Position numbers and translations under genes: made by a program. Positions 35,161-48,100 of a stretch of DNA of 64,000 nucleotides are shown here, in pieces. The notes below the pieces were generated by a model. The model was given only the letters and a program-made list of their open reading frames with translations, was not told where the DNA came from and did not search any database. Every line of letters starts with the position of its first letter. Position 1 is the first letter of the stretch. Origin of the DNA: Paraspadella gotoi (lineage: Eukaryota > Animalia > Chaetognatha); NCBI GenBank assembly GCA_051294375.1, contig CM119265.1:6891489-6955488 (forward strand), given 5' to 3'.

Positions 35161-38100
35161 ATGTCTTCTAAAGAGGTATAGTTTTTCTGGATAAAGCATC
35201 TGTCTTATGAAATTGGTACAACCAATATAAATTATGATATATTATTATTCGATCAAAGTGATAACTTGTTAATAAAGGCGTGATTTCAAACGCTTCAGAA
35301 TTCCCCGGACGCGGAAAAAGATCTCACCCAAGCACATCCTCCGACCCCCAACACTGCTATACTCGAAGCTGACCGTCAGGCATTAGAGGAGCAAATTTCA
35401 GCAACTTTAAGCAATATTCAACTTTCGCGAGGCGTAGCAGATATCGATGTTAATGAGGATGACTTCACTGAAGAGGATGTGGAGAAATTGGAGGAAGTTT
35501 TGGCGGGTTGCGACCACGAATACAACAACCTCTTCGCCACGCTCGATCAATTGGGATCGTGTCTGGACGAGGTTAATAATTAATATTTTTAGGCCTAATT
35601 GTATTTTCCAAGACTGAAACCTACCCAGCAGAGGGACTTGGTCAGTAAGTCCGTCCGTCTGTTTCTGGGTTGGCAAAAACCTGGGTTTTTTTAAAAAAGC
35701 CCACTGGGTTTTTTTGGGTTTTTTGGTTTTTTTGGGTTTTATTGGGTTTTTTTGGGTTTTTTTAAATTATAGATAGCAGACTGTCATATTAATTTTTTTT
35801 AAGATACTAATTTAAAATATTTATACTTCTTAAGTGATTACGGATAAAAATATATAAAAATATACTAAATATATTTAATAATAGTATTAATTAATATTTT
35901 TTATGTTAAACAGAAATGTAATAAATATAAATATTATATTTTCTGAATAAAACCTGTTATGAAAAAAGTGTATAAGGGTTTTTTTGGGTGGTTTTTTTAA
36001 TGCCAACCCTGATCTGTTTGTCTGTAGTTTGTTCCATTTACGTTATAACTTATAGTAAACACATTTGAATCCGACAAAGTTTTAATTAGATAACGAGTCT
36101 GGGTGTCATTCTGTTCGTTTTTCCAAGCTCTTTTTAACTAAAAAAGTTTTAATTAAAAAAAAAAACTTTTTCGCCCGAGCAAGGGGTGTTGAAGAGTCAA
36201 AATATGGAAATTCACCAATTTTTAGTATTTTGTAGCTTTTTCCATTTAATTTTTTTAATATAAATAATCCTTATCAAGTTAATTACTTCTGATAATGATT
36301 TTAATTTATCCTATTTAACTGTTTTTAAAACATTCATTAAAGAATATTAGTTTTTAGCTTAAGCCAAGGGTGTTGAAGAGCTAAATATTTTAAATATTTT
36401 TTTTTAATATTTATAAATATAATTTACTATTTTTTAAAGATAACTTATTTTAATCATGGTAATGAAAATATTTTGATATCTTTAAATGCTTTGAGGTGAC
36501 TTACCACAGCTTTAAGTTATTAATTAATTTAATATATTTTTAAAACTGAAAACCCCAAAAACTTCTATGATCCAAAGCAATTAATTTTAATTTTTAATCA
36601 CAAAATGTAATTGTTACAAGATAAAATTATTTAAATAATATTCGGATATTATTAAAAAAAATATGTTTACTTTATAATATATAAATATAATTTATAAAAA
36701 AAATAATTTAAAAATGATATCTGCATATAAATTTGTTATGGATAAGAGTAATAGTTTGGTTTAACTCTATATACAAATATTTTTGTTATTAATAAAATAA
36801 TTTTTTTTAATATACAATAATTTTTAACCATTGTATTAATCCTTCAGCTTCGCTGAGTGTAGAGATTTAAACAAAGTTTGAAAAAATATTTCATCAACGA
36901 TTTTATTTAATGATATACGGCATGTTTCGACTCTATTTTCGAGTCTTCATCAGCGTTAGTGATGCATTTTAAAATTTGTGTAAAAGAAACATTACATTTT
37001 TGAAATATAATGTTTCTCTTTCTCTCTCTCTCTTTTTCTCCATTTCAAAATCAACTTATTTCCCCTTTCTCCTGTCCTTGCCTTCACCTGTCCTGAAATC
37101 TGACCACTGTCCTTTCTCAATTCTTTGTTGGAATCTCTCTCTCTTTTCTCTCTCTCTTTCTCTCTCCTCTCTCACTCTCTCTCTATCCCCATTATGAAAA
37201 ATACAACTGTCAAATGCTGATGAAGACTCGAAAACAAGAGTCGAAACATGTCCAATACTTTGTAATAAAATCTGTTGTAAAAATACTAAAAACTTTCGTT
37301 TTCGAATCTGCTATCTTATTGAACAACGAAAAGAGAGAAAAATTACACGAAATTTTAATTAAAATATAAATCATTTCTATCCTAGCATCCCACGTAAGTC
37401 CCTCCCCTAGCCCTAACCTCCGCTTCGCGTCCAAGGCCAAGCATGAACCTTGAACCTATCATCGCCCATAAAACTTTTCCCATCTGTAACTTTCCAGTTG
37501 CGTATAACTACAACAACCTTGTTGATCGGAATGCTAACTTTTACTTATTCAACCTGAATTACAACTACCTCAAATGTTAAAACTAAACACTACCCTTAAC
37601 CTAATTTTGTAAAATTGCTATAACTAGAACATTAGTTTCAGTTCATTAACAAAATTATTATTTTCTATGGCATATCGCATAAAATCTGATAGTGATATCA
37701 TTTGAATAATTATATCTTTGTTGTAACAATTTCATTATATGATAAAAAATTTTATGAATTGCTTTGTTTTAAAAGTGAATCTTTAAAAAAAACTTTTTAG
37801 AAATAGGTCACAATAGTTTGTAATGCTTTTAATTATAAAAAATCAATTAACTATGTTAATTAACTTGAAAACCATTTAAAATTTTCAAATATTTTTATGA
37901 TCATGATTAAAATATGTAATCCTTAAAAATTAGTAAATTATCATTTGAAAATACTAAAAAAGACAATTTGAAAATTTGACTCTTTAATACCCCTGGCTTA
38001 AACCCTAAACTAATATTTTTTGTGAATGAATGTTTTAAAATAGTTAAATATGATAAATTAAAAGCAGTATCATTAGTAATTAACTGGATTAATGATAATT

Positions 38101-39410
38101 ATATTAAAAATTTACTGAAAAAAGCTAAAAAATACTCATAAAAGGTGAAATTTCATATTTTGGCTCTTTTAACACCCCTGGCTCGGGCGAAAAATTTTTT
38201 TTTTAAATAAAATTTTTAGTAAAAAGAGCTTGGAAAAACGAACAGAATGACAACGGAACTGGTTGTTTATTTAAACATTGTCGGATTCAAATGTGTCTAA
38301 CTTATAGTATAAGGGAGGTTTATTGCCAGATATATGAGGGTATGTTTGCCTGTGATAAGGTAGGCATATTACTAGATACTAAAGGTTCAGTGTTCATTAA
38401 TATCTTACTTGATGGTATGTTGACTTGACTTGGCATCGGTGAAGAATGCTCGCTTACTATGTAAACTGTCTTTAATGTGTATAGCTAGTTAGCTTTGCCT
38501 GAAGTAGAGAAATGGAAACACAATTATACACTATTTATTTATCTCTATTATATTGTGCTTAGACCTTATTGAACACAATTTAGCACTATTAGTGATTAAC
38601 TGGTAAGATGTTAATCTTATGCTGATTGAGCTCTGATAAGGAGAAATGGACTCTAACAAGAGAGTGCGTCCCCAAAACCAAAGCTGAATAATGGTTTAAC
38701 TTCTGAACAAATAAAGGAATCACTAAATATGAGCAAGTCAAATCTTTAAGTAATAAAATGTTAAAGTATTATTATTAATTAATTAGTTAAAATATTACTA
38801 TGACTCATGTTAATCATTAACATTGCTAAAGACTATATTTAGCTACTAGAAAACCATGAAACAGAACTAATACCAAAATCCAAAATGAAATTAGACACAT
38901 TTAGATTCAATACTGCAATATGCAAATGAGATGAATCTAATCAATCTCATTTAAGATCATATTAAATAATCATCTCTTACAATAGTCATAACTTTAGTTA
39001 ATACTTGTTTGAAAGGCGATGTACCCTTAGATGCTTAATATGCCTAAGAATAATATTTTCCTTGTTAACTAGTTATCTGATTAATTAAAAATAATATCAC
39101 GTGACCATTAAGTAAAAATTAAAATCGGCGAAAGTAAAATTTAACCCTGTTCTTGCTTCTTCGGTATCCTTTTTTTATCGCTCGATCGCAGGTAGAAAAC
39201 CGGAACGATACTCTCAACACTCGAGTCGATGAACTACTCAGCATTATGGAAAAAACCCAGGTGGAGCGTGAGACGAGTTTAAAGAACTGGACGAACGAGG
39301 CGAATAAAGTAATGGAGGATTTAAACAAGATCGAAGCGCGAAACCAGAGCAAAAGCAAACCTTCCGAGGAAGCTGTGGAGGAAAAAACAGAAAGTTCGAA
39401 TTCTACTTAG
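35161..39410 (+). CDS. BBLN: Bublin coiled-coil protein (UPF0184/C9orf16-like); exons 35161-35175, 35299-35571, 39192-39410
   Basis: The spliced product contains EYNNLFATLDQLGSCLDE|VENRNDTLNTRVDELL, resembling the UPF0184 core (EY..L...LDQ..SCLD.LE..ND.L...L.ELL). Introns are phase-0 GT-AG. The gene is largely missed by the ORF track. Confidence 0.8.
35665..36011. mobile_element. hAT-like MITE in BBLN intron 2
   Basis: TIR C(T/A)GGGTTGGCA and 8-bp TSD GTCTGTTT/ATCTGTTT; partial reverse copy at ~20005-20203. Confidence 0.72.
36058..38297. mobile_element. Long-TIR foldback / Mutator-like non-autonomous element in BBLN intron 2
   Basis: ~330-bp imperfect TIRs (36058-36390 / 37975-38297); flanking direct repeat TAACTTATAG(TA) at 36046 and 38298. 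Confidence 0.75.
36838..37350. mobile_element. Penelope-like element derivative (copy 4) with diverged inverted arms
   Basis: Minus-strand hammerhead 36919-36953 (GCC at the cleavage site) and plus-strand hammerhead 37217-37252 (intact). Shares the CTGTCCT...TTTGTTGGAA 3' segment with copies 1 and 2; tail GAACAACGAAAAGAGAG at 37321. Confidence 0.75.
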
Positions 39411-40074
39411 TTTTTATTTCACCGAAAAAATTGTACTAAACTAAATATTGTCATTTTTGTTGTTAGTTTTCTTGGTGTAATATTGTCGGAATTTTGAAAA
39501 AAATACAAAAAACTCTGTGTAATTACACTAGTCCGTCATAAAGTGATTTATGTTATCATCGGTAATCGATTTTAATGAGACATGACCTGTGCGTGACAAA
39601 CTGACACCAACCTCGCGTTTTCTTAAACTTGTATCTTAAAAAGAAATGAGATTAACTACGGTAGCTCCTTAGTCGGGAGATTTTTATAAATACTACTGTA
39701 TTTGAATAAAACTAACCTTTCGGGTAGTTTTTTTATAAAATTGTTAAGAAAAACTAAAATTTAAAAGCTTAGGTATTTTAATTATTTTATATATACTTGT
39801 TCGTCTTGACTCTGAATAATTCCTTTTGTACATGAATTTCTCCCTATGCCTGAAATGTTAGACTAAACCGATTGGTAACTTGATAAGACAATCAACCCCT
39901 TCCTTCGTATCCACTGTGCTATCGCAAATGACACAAAAAATATTATTACCATTTCTCAATAGATAAAAGTGTTTTGCACTGTTTGTTTTATTGAATACCC
40001 AGGAGCTGCACTTATTTTAAATATTAATTTTATGATATTCACTCATTATAAGTCGTAGGCTTATAAGAATTAAA

Positions 40075-40492
40075 TAAACAAGAACGGTAATTAAAATGAG
40101 TTGCGCAGCAATGACTTTCTTTTCACATGTATTTATGACACGCATTGCATCGGAATCTTGTCTTTGATTCTTTAAAGTTTTAGGATTTCCTGAAGGCGGC
40201 GCTCGCAGTCCCTTAGATTTGAGGTTTTTTCCTGTTTTAACAAATGAGCAATAATATATAGCCGAATTGGTTAAATTTTACTTTCGCTGACCGCGGTTTT
40301 GGCGGCTTTAAAAAAAAATTAAAATATTACTTAATTACCCTAACCCTAAACCACCCTTAACCCTAACCCCGGTTGGCGAAAATAAAAGTAACCCGGTAAA
40401 TTATATGTATTTTTAACGTAAGTTGGACAGACCGACCAACCGAAAAGTGACTTAGAGTTGCTACGCGATTACTCGCGGCGCAACTGAAAAAA
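40075..40492 (-). mobile_element. Helentron/DINE-1-like family 4
   Basis: Minus strand begins TTTTCAGTTGCGCCGCGAGT...AAGTCACTTTTCGGTTGGTCGGTCTGTC. A homologous copy lies at ~53727-54060 with an extra inverted 3' end at ~54170-54265. Confidence 0.58.
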
Positions 40493-41662
40493 TGTGATAC
40501 CCATAGAGATGGGTCAACCCACTGTTGGCGTTTGGAGCTTCCGACCCTCAGTGACGCCACATCACTGGCGCGGTTAGCCTAGATCGGTCTCGCTTTCTAA
40601 TAGTTAGGACTAGATGGAACGTAACGATTGGGATAGTGCGTTCCCCCTCTGAGCCAATAAGATTCACTGAATGAAGCTGTAGGTAAATATATGAGATAGG
40701 GATCGGAACAAATTTTTTTTCAATTTCTTTCTGTCTTCCACGAATGGTTTTGAAACTTTAATCAGACCCTGACAAACGTCAATTGGTCATTGATTGACAT
40801 TTTGATTAGTAATTTTGAATGTACGCGCAAGCAATTAACGCTGTTTGTACTTCAGTTTCTGCTCTTCTTTTCCTAGTCACATTTTTAAACGAAAAATTTA
40901 ACAATTGCAAATATCTATAAGCAAAGGTTTAAAGTTCAGGGCTGCATTTAAGTAATATATGGCGGTGGTGGCGTGAAAATTATGCTATATCCACTTTTCC
41001 TCATAAAAATGAAACATTATCAATTTTTTCTTTATTATAGTTTAAAAAGTTTAAATAATTAAAATATATTAAAATTTTTGCTGGTTAATTAATTTGTGGT
41101 ATTAAATGATATAAAATTACGCGACGCTACGCTACCTTGATCTCCTTTCCTCCCTTTCCTCTGCCTTTTAATTTCTATACAACCTCCATCAATTTTTTTT
41201 CAGTTTTAATTCTTTCAACTTGAAAAAAATCTTGAATCTAGGGCGAAAAAGTGTTAAATTTAACAACGTGTCATAACCCAACAACAATTTATGAAATGTT
41301 TTTTTGGTTTCATATTCCCTATATTTTTTCGGCAGATAAAGAAATAAAAATTTCAGCAAACACTTCCGGTCCCTATATTAGAATTCTATTTTATAATATT
41401 AAATTTTCATTCATCAAGAACATGTTGGGGAAAAAAATGAATAATAAAATAAAAAATAAAGTAAATAATGAAATTGTTAGTCAAAAAAACTTTCTGAAGT
41501 TTTTCAACTAATGATATATTTTTTTAATTATCTGATTTAAATATTCAAGATATGAAAATATTTTTTGTGTCATCCGGGTTTTTTACACGGGTTATTTTCG
41601 TTTTTACTTTTTCCTAGTAAAAAGTACTGAGAAAAATATTTATCATTTTTGTAATTAATAAT

Positions 41663-41721
41663 TGTCGGTCCACAGTTTATAAGAACGTTTATGAAACACT
41701 CTTATAAACTGTGGACCGACA
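41663..41721. other. Isolated perfect 22-bp inverted repeat (59-nt hairpin) upstream of BLTP1
   Basis: TGTCGGTCCACAGTTTATAAGA (15 nt) TCTTATAAACTGTGGACCGACA. Confidence 0.85.
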
Positions 41722-42139
41722 CAGTTCCAAGCTATATCTACCACTATTGCAATCATTTTCTATCTTTTAATAGTTGCAATTAGGGACAATTATTTGTATT
41801 ATATCGCCGCTGACGATGTTGTTAACCTTTTTGGATTTATCAATATGTAGCAGTTTGAATATATCCTTGAACTATATGAATACTATGTACATACATACAT
41901 AAAGGATTTTCTAAAGTTAATTTGAGCATACATCTTTGGTTCTGATTGGTTTTCAGTTTTAGTAATTGGATAAGTGCACTAAGTCATATCCTATCGTAGT
42001 TGCTACACGTAGTCTTTTTTTCGTATGTCCTACGCGTTATACTAATGCAAGAAAAAAAAATGTTCTCCCGAAGTTTAGTGGATGATTTTGGCGATGGATC
42101 ATATATTACTATTCCCTTTTGAATTAGGATGTTAATAAG

Positions 42140-45100
42140 ATGTTGGCCGCCATAGGCTTAGCTTTTTTTCTGGCGTTTTGTTATAACATCACCTTTGCAA
42201 TGACCTTTAACATCAGCACGGAGGAAGTGAGTTACATTGGAGCGGAGACGGCCGACCTTGAAAAATCTGTCAAGACCGAGAATGAGACTGAGAATATACT
42301 CCGCGATCTCGTCAAAGAGACCGGAAGTCCCCAGCGCTTTGCGATTTTGCTCATGGCCCTTGCCCTCGCCATGTTTTGGGTTTTGTACGTTTCTTATTAC
42401 AACTCTCGGATAGTCGGCAAGATATTGACGGCTTTCGTAAACCGTTTCTACAAAACCCGCAACACGCAGATACACATTGGTTCTTTTTCCGTTTCCGTCC
42501 TAAGTGGCAAAATCTTGTTTCGCGATATCCAATATATCACTACAGATTACGCGCTCAGAATCCAAGACGGTTTCATTATTTTCATGTGGTGGCGCAAGTA
42601 TGAACCCAAAGACCCCGGTTCAGACTTTAGCCACGCTGATACCAGGCTTCTGGTGCAGTTGAACGGTTTCGAACTCCACGTCTACAATCGGAGCTTTCTA
42701 TATTCGGACCTGGAAAAAAAATTTGGGCTCTCCCCTTTGATTATTTTAGAAAAAGATTTGGGTCAAGAACACGAAGTCAATGATGTTGAAGTTACCCAAA
42801 ACGCTGAAAATGCTGGAGAAAGGCGGAACGAGGAACTCTTGAAGAAGTGGTGGTGGCGCGATCTAATTCCCATAATCAAAGTCGATATCACTTCCGGTAG
42901 GTTTGTTGCCGGAAATCATCAGGTGCCAACGACCCTAGTCGTAACTTTCGACCAAGCCAACGCTGTTTACTACACCAAAAAAGCGCCAAGCTCAAAAGAT
43001 CTATTCACACACATTGTGGAATGTAAACTCGAAAGCTCGCGAGTACTGCTATCCAAATCTCCAAGATATCGGGGAGAAATTGATGACGAACCTCCACGCT
43101 TCATGGGTGAAGGATTTGTGGTGATGTCATCGCATGAAACTACAATTCATTATTATCAGGACGAGCCGGGTTACGCGGGGAACTGCGACGGAATGTCAAA
43201 CGATCCTGAATGTTTTCCTTATTGGGGAATAAATATTAAATGTGGAAGAGGAACGAACCTATCATACGGACCTTGGGTGGATAGACAAAGGGATCATCTA
43301 TATAAATTTTTTTTCCCCTCCGATTATCAAATTCAGAATCCTACCGAGTATCCAATTGGAAACCAATTACGAATAGTTCAAAAATTTGACTTCAAGTTAA
43401 GCATGCAAGAGGGAATTGAAACGCTCGACATTTTGTTTTTGAACAAAGAAAACGATCTTTGCGCCATTCATTCAAAATGTGGCAAAGGATCGTTTATCGA
43501 AGTTTGTCTGCCCTGGGTAACGAATGAAACGGGATTTTCCACTCATATTCGGGGCATTTTATTAAATTGGGAAGCTACGACCAACATGCAATTTCGCTCA
43601 CTAATTCAGAGCGAAACATTGGATTTTCAAATTGATTGTTTATATCCGTTGCAATGGAATTTACCCCAATCTTACACCTTAACTTTAACAGGAACTAAAG
43701 CAACTGGTTTTCTTGTTATGCAACACGTAGACTTGTTTGGCTATCTCATAAACGACTGGGCTTCAAAAACTAGACCAGATGTTTATCACTTCGTGCCGTA
43801 TGACACATTTCTTAATATCGAGTTAATTGACTTTGAAATCCTTTTGCCTGCTAACCAGTTTAACTGGGTTGATTGTGATTCTCAGCATTTAGAAAACATG
43901 TATGCCGCTGTAATTGGAAACAATTTTCGTTTAAAATATGACATTCCATTTGGTGAATTTTTACCAAAAATAGTTGCAACAAAACTTCATATTCAAGGCG
44001 AAGCTTGTGATATTTGTTTTCTCATTCCAAAGTCCAATTCTTCCAGTCACGTTCTTAAAGCCCTTGAGGATGATATCGAGCTTAGTTCAGATTACAAAAA
44101 TATGTTTGGAACCAGAAAATGGAGAAATTTTACTCAAGATAATAATGAATTGATTTGTATTAATTGCTGGTCCGTTCCTTTAATTGTTGTACCTTTTACA
44201 TATAATTATCATCCCTGTCCGCCTTTGTCGGATTCACCGTTAGAAGTAAAGATTTCTACAGCTCCTACTCCTTGTACTACACCCGAGATGGAAGAGCATT
44301 TACTTTTCCCCCTCAGAGTACCTGCAAATGACCAAGAGGTTCATGCTCATCCATTATCTTTTGACCCGTCAATTTTGGAACCAGATAAAATGCATATAGA
44401 AGTTGAATTTGTACCTTCGGAAATTGTTTTATATGGAACATTTTTAAAAATTCTACTTGCTTTAAAAGAAAATTACTTTGGAGATTGTGATAACATAATG
44501 GATTTCAACACTTTTAAGCTTCCTTCTTATAAATCTTCAAAACAAAATGATCTCGATAGAGATAAAAAGTTCGATTCACGTAAATATCGTCCTTTAAATG
44601 TTTCTTTGAATCTTGTAATACATGGTCTTCGTGGACATCTTGCAATGCATCGTGGAAAAGATGAGCCGCCATGTCCAACCGTTTACGTCGACCGACTTTG
44701 TTTTGAATTACATCGACAATTTTCTGGAACAATGCTACAACTTTTATCGTCGCCGATAGTAATATCAGTTATGGACAATGTTCAAAGGATTGGAGATCAT
44801 GCCAAGTTGAAAAGCAATGGTCATTTGTGTCTTAGTTGTTTTCAATTAAGAGGACAAGCAATGTTTTCACATAAAGGATTGCTTCCTCACGAAACGCCTT
44901 TGGAATATGCCTGGTTACTAGAATTACAATTTGGGGAGTTAACCGGAAAGCTTACAAGTCCACAACTCTTAACACTTTTAAATGCTTTACAAACAATTTT
45001 TTTTCTGGTCAAGGACAGCGAAAATTCTTTACAGTCTCCCACAACAACTTATGAATGTATCCACAAGAACGATGCAACTTTTTGTTCACAAGCACCCAAT

Positions 45101-48100
45101 GATCAATTCTTATGTCCATCTTCGGAGGACACCAAGTATTCATTATGTAGGATTTCTGTAGACTGTGTTTCTTTGTTTTTAGTTGAAAGCGGAGCTGGTT
45201 TAAGTCTTCGTGCATCTCCTTTTAGATTATCAACTTGTAATTTATATACTGCTACTCTCGAAAGAGGCTTATCAGCTTATGTAGACAATATTTTACTGCA
45301 GCAATTTCTCCTCTCATCTCCAATATCAAGATATGGTAAGAATGGAGAGGATCCTTGGATAGAGGTTGGGTCAGTAAATGTTGGACCTATCGTAATTGAT
45401 TCCGGAATTGCAATAGAATATTCTGAATTAGTAGAGTTTCAGCAAGATTTTCTTAAACTCCATGATGCTGCCACAAAGCGGCTAAATTTTTTGTGGCAAC
45501 ATGAAAAAGTTTGTTTGGACTCAGCAAATAGTTTGTTGTGCGGCTGTAAAGGGGGCTGCGTATTTTTTGGAAGTAATGAAAGTGGGAAAGGTTTTTTTGA
45601 TGAAAAACATTTATCATCTCCTCATTTTTCTAATGGAAAAGAATTGTCGTATGGCAAAAGTTTGTTTGTCCCGCATGATTCAATGTTTCCTTATCCTACT
45701 CAAAATAAAAGTTTTAAAGATGGGGTTCCTGCTTTCTATTGCAAAAATTGTAACGTTCCTGACTGTAAGAATAATTTTCACCATCTTAACGATGAGAATA
45801 TAGATATGAGTTTAAGAAAAGAGAGCAGTGATTCTGCAGAATCAGTTTTAGTACATACAGAACCACATGATTTGTCTCATGAATCAATGTTGTCACACGG
45901 ATCAATAAGTCACCGTGGAAAACGTTCCCTATCAATAAATGAAAGACAGATGTATTTTAAACAGAACATATCAAGTGAGTCCTTTGCAGATTCAGATTCG
46001 TATTTCAGTGCGGATGACGATGATGATCATACCACTATTGATACAGTGAGTGATTATATGAAAAAATCTGGTAAAAATAAGATCTCGATAGAAACAGACA
46101 GTTCTGAATTTTTACCGGCATTAACCGGCAATGAATTTTCTAGTTCCACCATTGATCATCGTACGGACGGGACCGATACAACTTCATTATCATCCATAAA
46201 AAAGCTTCAATATTTGAAGAGGCCCCCGTCATGGCCTTCAACAGGGGGAATGTCAAATTCTAGCAGCCAATATACCGATGCGAGAATCGATCAACCTTCA
46301 TCCACTAATGATACGTCTTATCATACGGCATTTTCATCTCAATATTCTCGGGTATCTTATCAGTCGGCACTTGGTAGTTTAAGCGGAGATGATGCTCCAA
46401 CCCTTCTACCTGATGATGATTCTGAATTGCTTAGGGCGAGTGTTACCAGTGAATCAACATTAGCAGATTTAAGTATGGATGAAAGAAATATGGCAAACGA
46501 TTTGGATTCTTCTCATGACTTACCACCTGTTTTAGGAGCAAGTGGAAAGGTAACTGAAACAAAAGGTTTTGAAAATAAAAGGCGTGACAGCAACAGCTCC
46601 AAGTTTTCGGCGACGGGTTTCAATAATGAAGATGAAATTGGCTTGGTTGATCTGCATGGGAATATGGTAAAACCAATAACAGAGAGTTTTTTCCTTATGT
46701 CTAGCTATAAAAATCATCTTTCGCAATTAAAATGCTCGAATTGGACCGCTTCACCTCCAAATGCTACTCATGATCTGCATCGTAGCCCCTGCAGTGGTTT
46801 CAATGTGGAAGAGAAATCTGGAAAAATGTTTGTGCGAAATCATGTACCCAAATATATTTATATTAAACAGGTAATTTATTATTTTATTTTAAAATTTAAA
46901 GTAAATTTTAACTCTTTAGGTTACTCTTGGTGTTTGTTTGTATTTTTCAGGGATTATCACCCCGTGGAATGACAAGGAAAAAAACCCTCTCAGAAAAGTT
47001 GGAGCAAGCGTCCAGAAATCCAAGCCAAAACAAACCGGAAGAAGAAAATGGTCTTAAAAACTTTTCAATCCATGGATCGACAATTGTAATTAAGTTTAAA
47101 CAATCAATAGACATAGTAGTTACACCACTTCTATTGGAGGCTCTTACAAAATACGTAGAATCATTTTCAACTTGTTTATCTAACCTAAGTCCTTTTTCAT
47201 GCATAAATATTATTCATGAAAAAACACAGAGCCTCGTTAAAAGTAAAATTAAAGTTGGAGAAAACGTTGTAAAAAAATCTCCTGGAAGTTCGCTGCAAGC
47301 TAAAAACGACATATCAACTTCAAAAATTGGATTAAGTAAAGTGAATTTACATATGCAGTGGGCACCAAATCCAAAAAATGTACCACTTACCCCTGAGACA
47401 AATAACTCAGATTATTTAGATTCATCTCAGATAGATAATTTTACATCAGAGTTGCCCTCTCCAGTCACTCAAAAAAAAGAAGGAACTGAACCCACTAAGA
47501 TTTTGTTTGAATTAAAAGAAGTTAAGATTATTTTTTTACAATGTGCAGTTGGCCAAGATAAAGTACCTTTCAGTCTATTAGAAACCTTTCAGGATTTAAC
47601 TTGTGTATCGCTTTTTGTTTTTTCATTACAAGATCTCTCCTGCGTTTTACAGCTTCATTCAAAGGTTTCAGAAGTAACTGCAATTGTGGAAAATTCAGAT
47701 CAATCAATTAAAAAAAATTTGACCGAGGTGAAGGAAAACAAACTTGGCCAAAAGTTTTTTCGTCGAAGGACCGCTAAAAAGAAAAAAGGTTCAACTTTAG
47801 ACAGAGCTTTTCAAGAACTCGAGACTGTTCCTTTTAAAAAAAATAAAAAGAAATCGGAATTAGTTATGGCTTCAGTTTCCATTTCAAAAATCAATTTTCA
47901 GATGCGCCGTTTAAAAAACAATACTACCATTTTGGACAAAATAATACGTACTACTATTCCAGAAGAACAATCAAAAGTTTGTTTTGAATTTTCTGTTGAT
48001 AATTTTCCTTACAAATTTCTTACTGAAACTGTAGAATGTTGTAATTGTTCTCGTAATATCTTAGATTATCGTGGGCATCCTTTTTCTGAGGATAATTTAT

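Noticed and set aside
38310-38620. Possible decayed retroelement RNase H on the minus strand (FFTDAKSS-like and IPS-like words)
   Set aside because: Multiple stops and frameshifts; the resemblance is weak.
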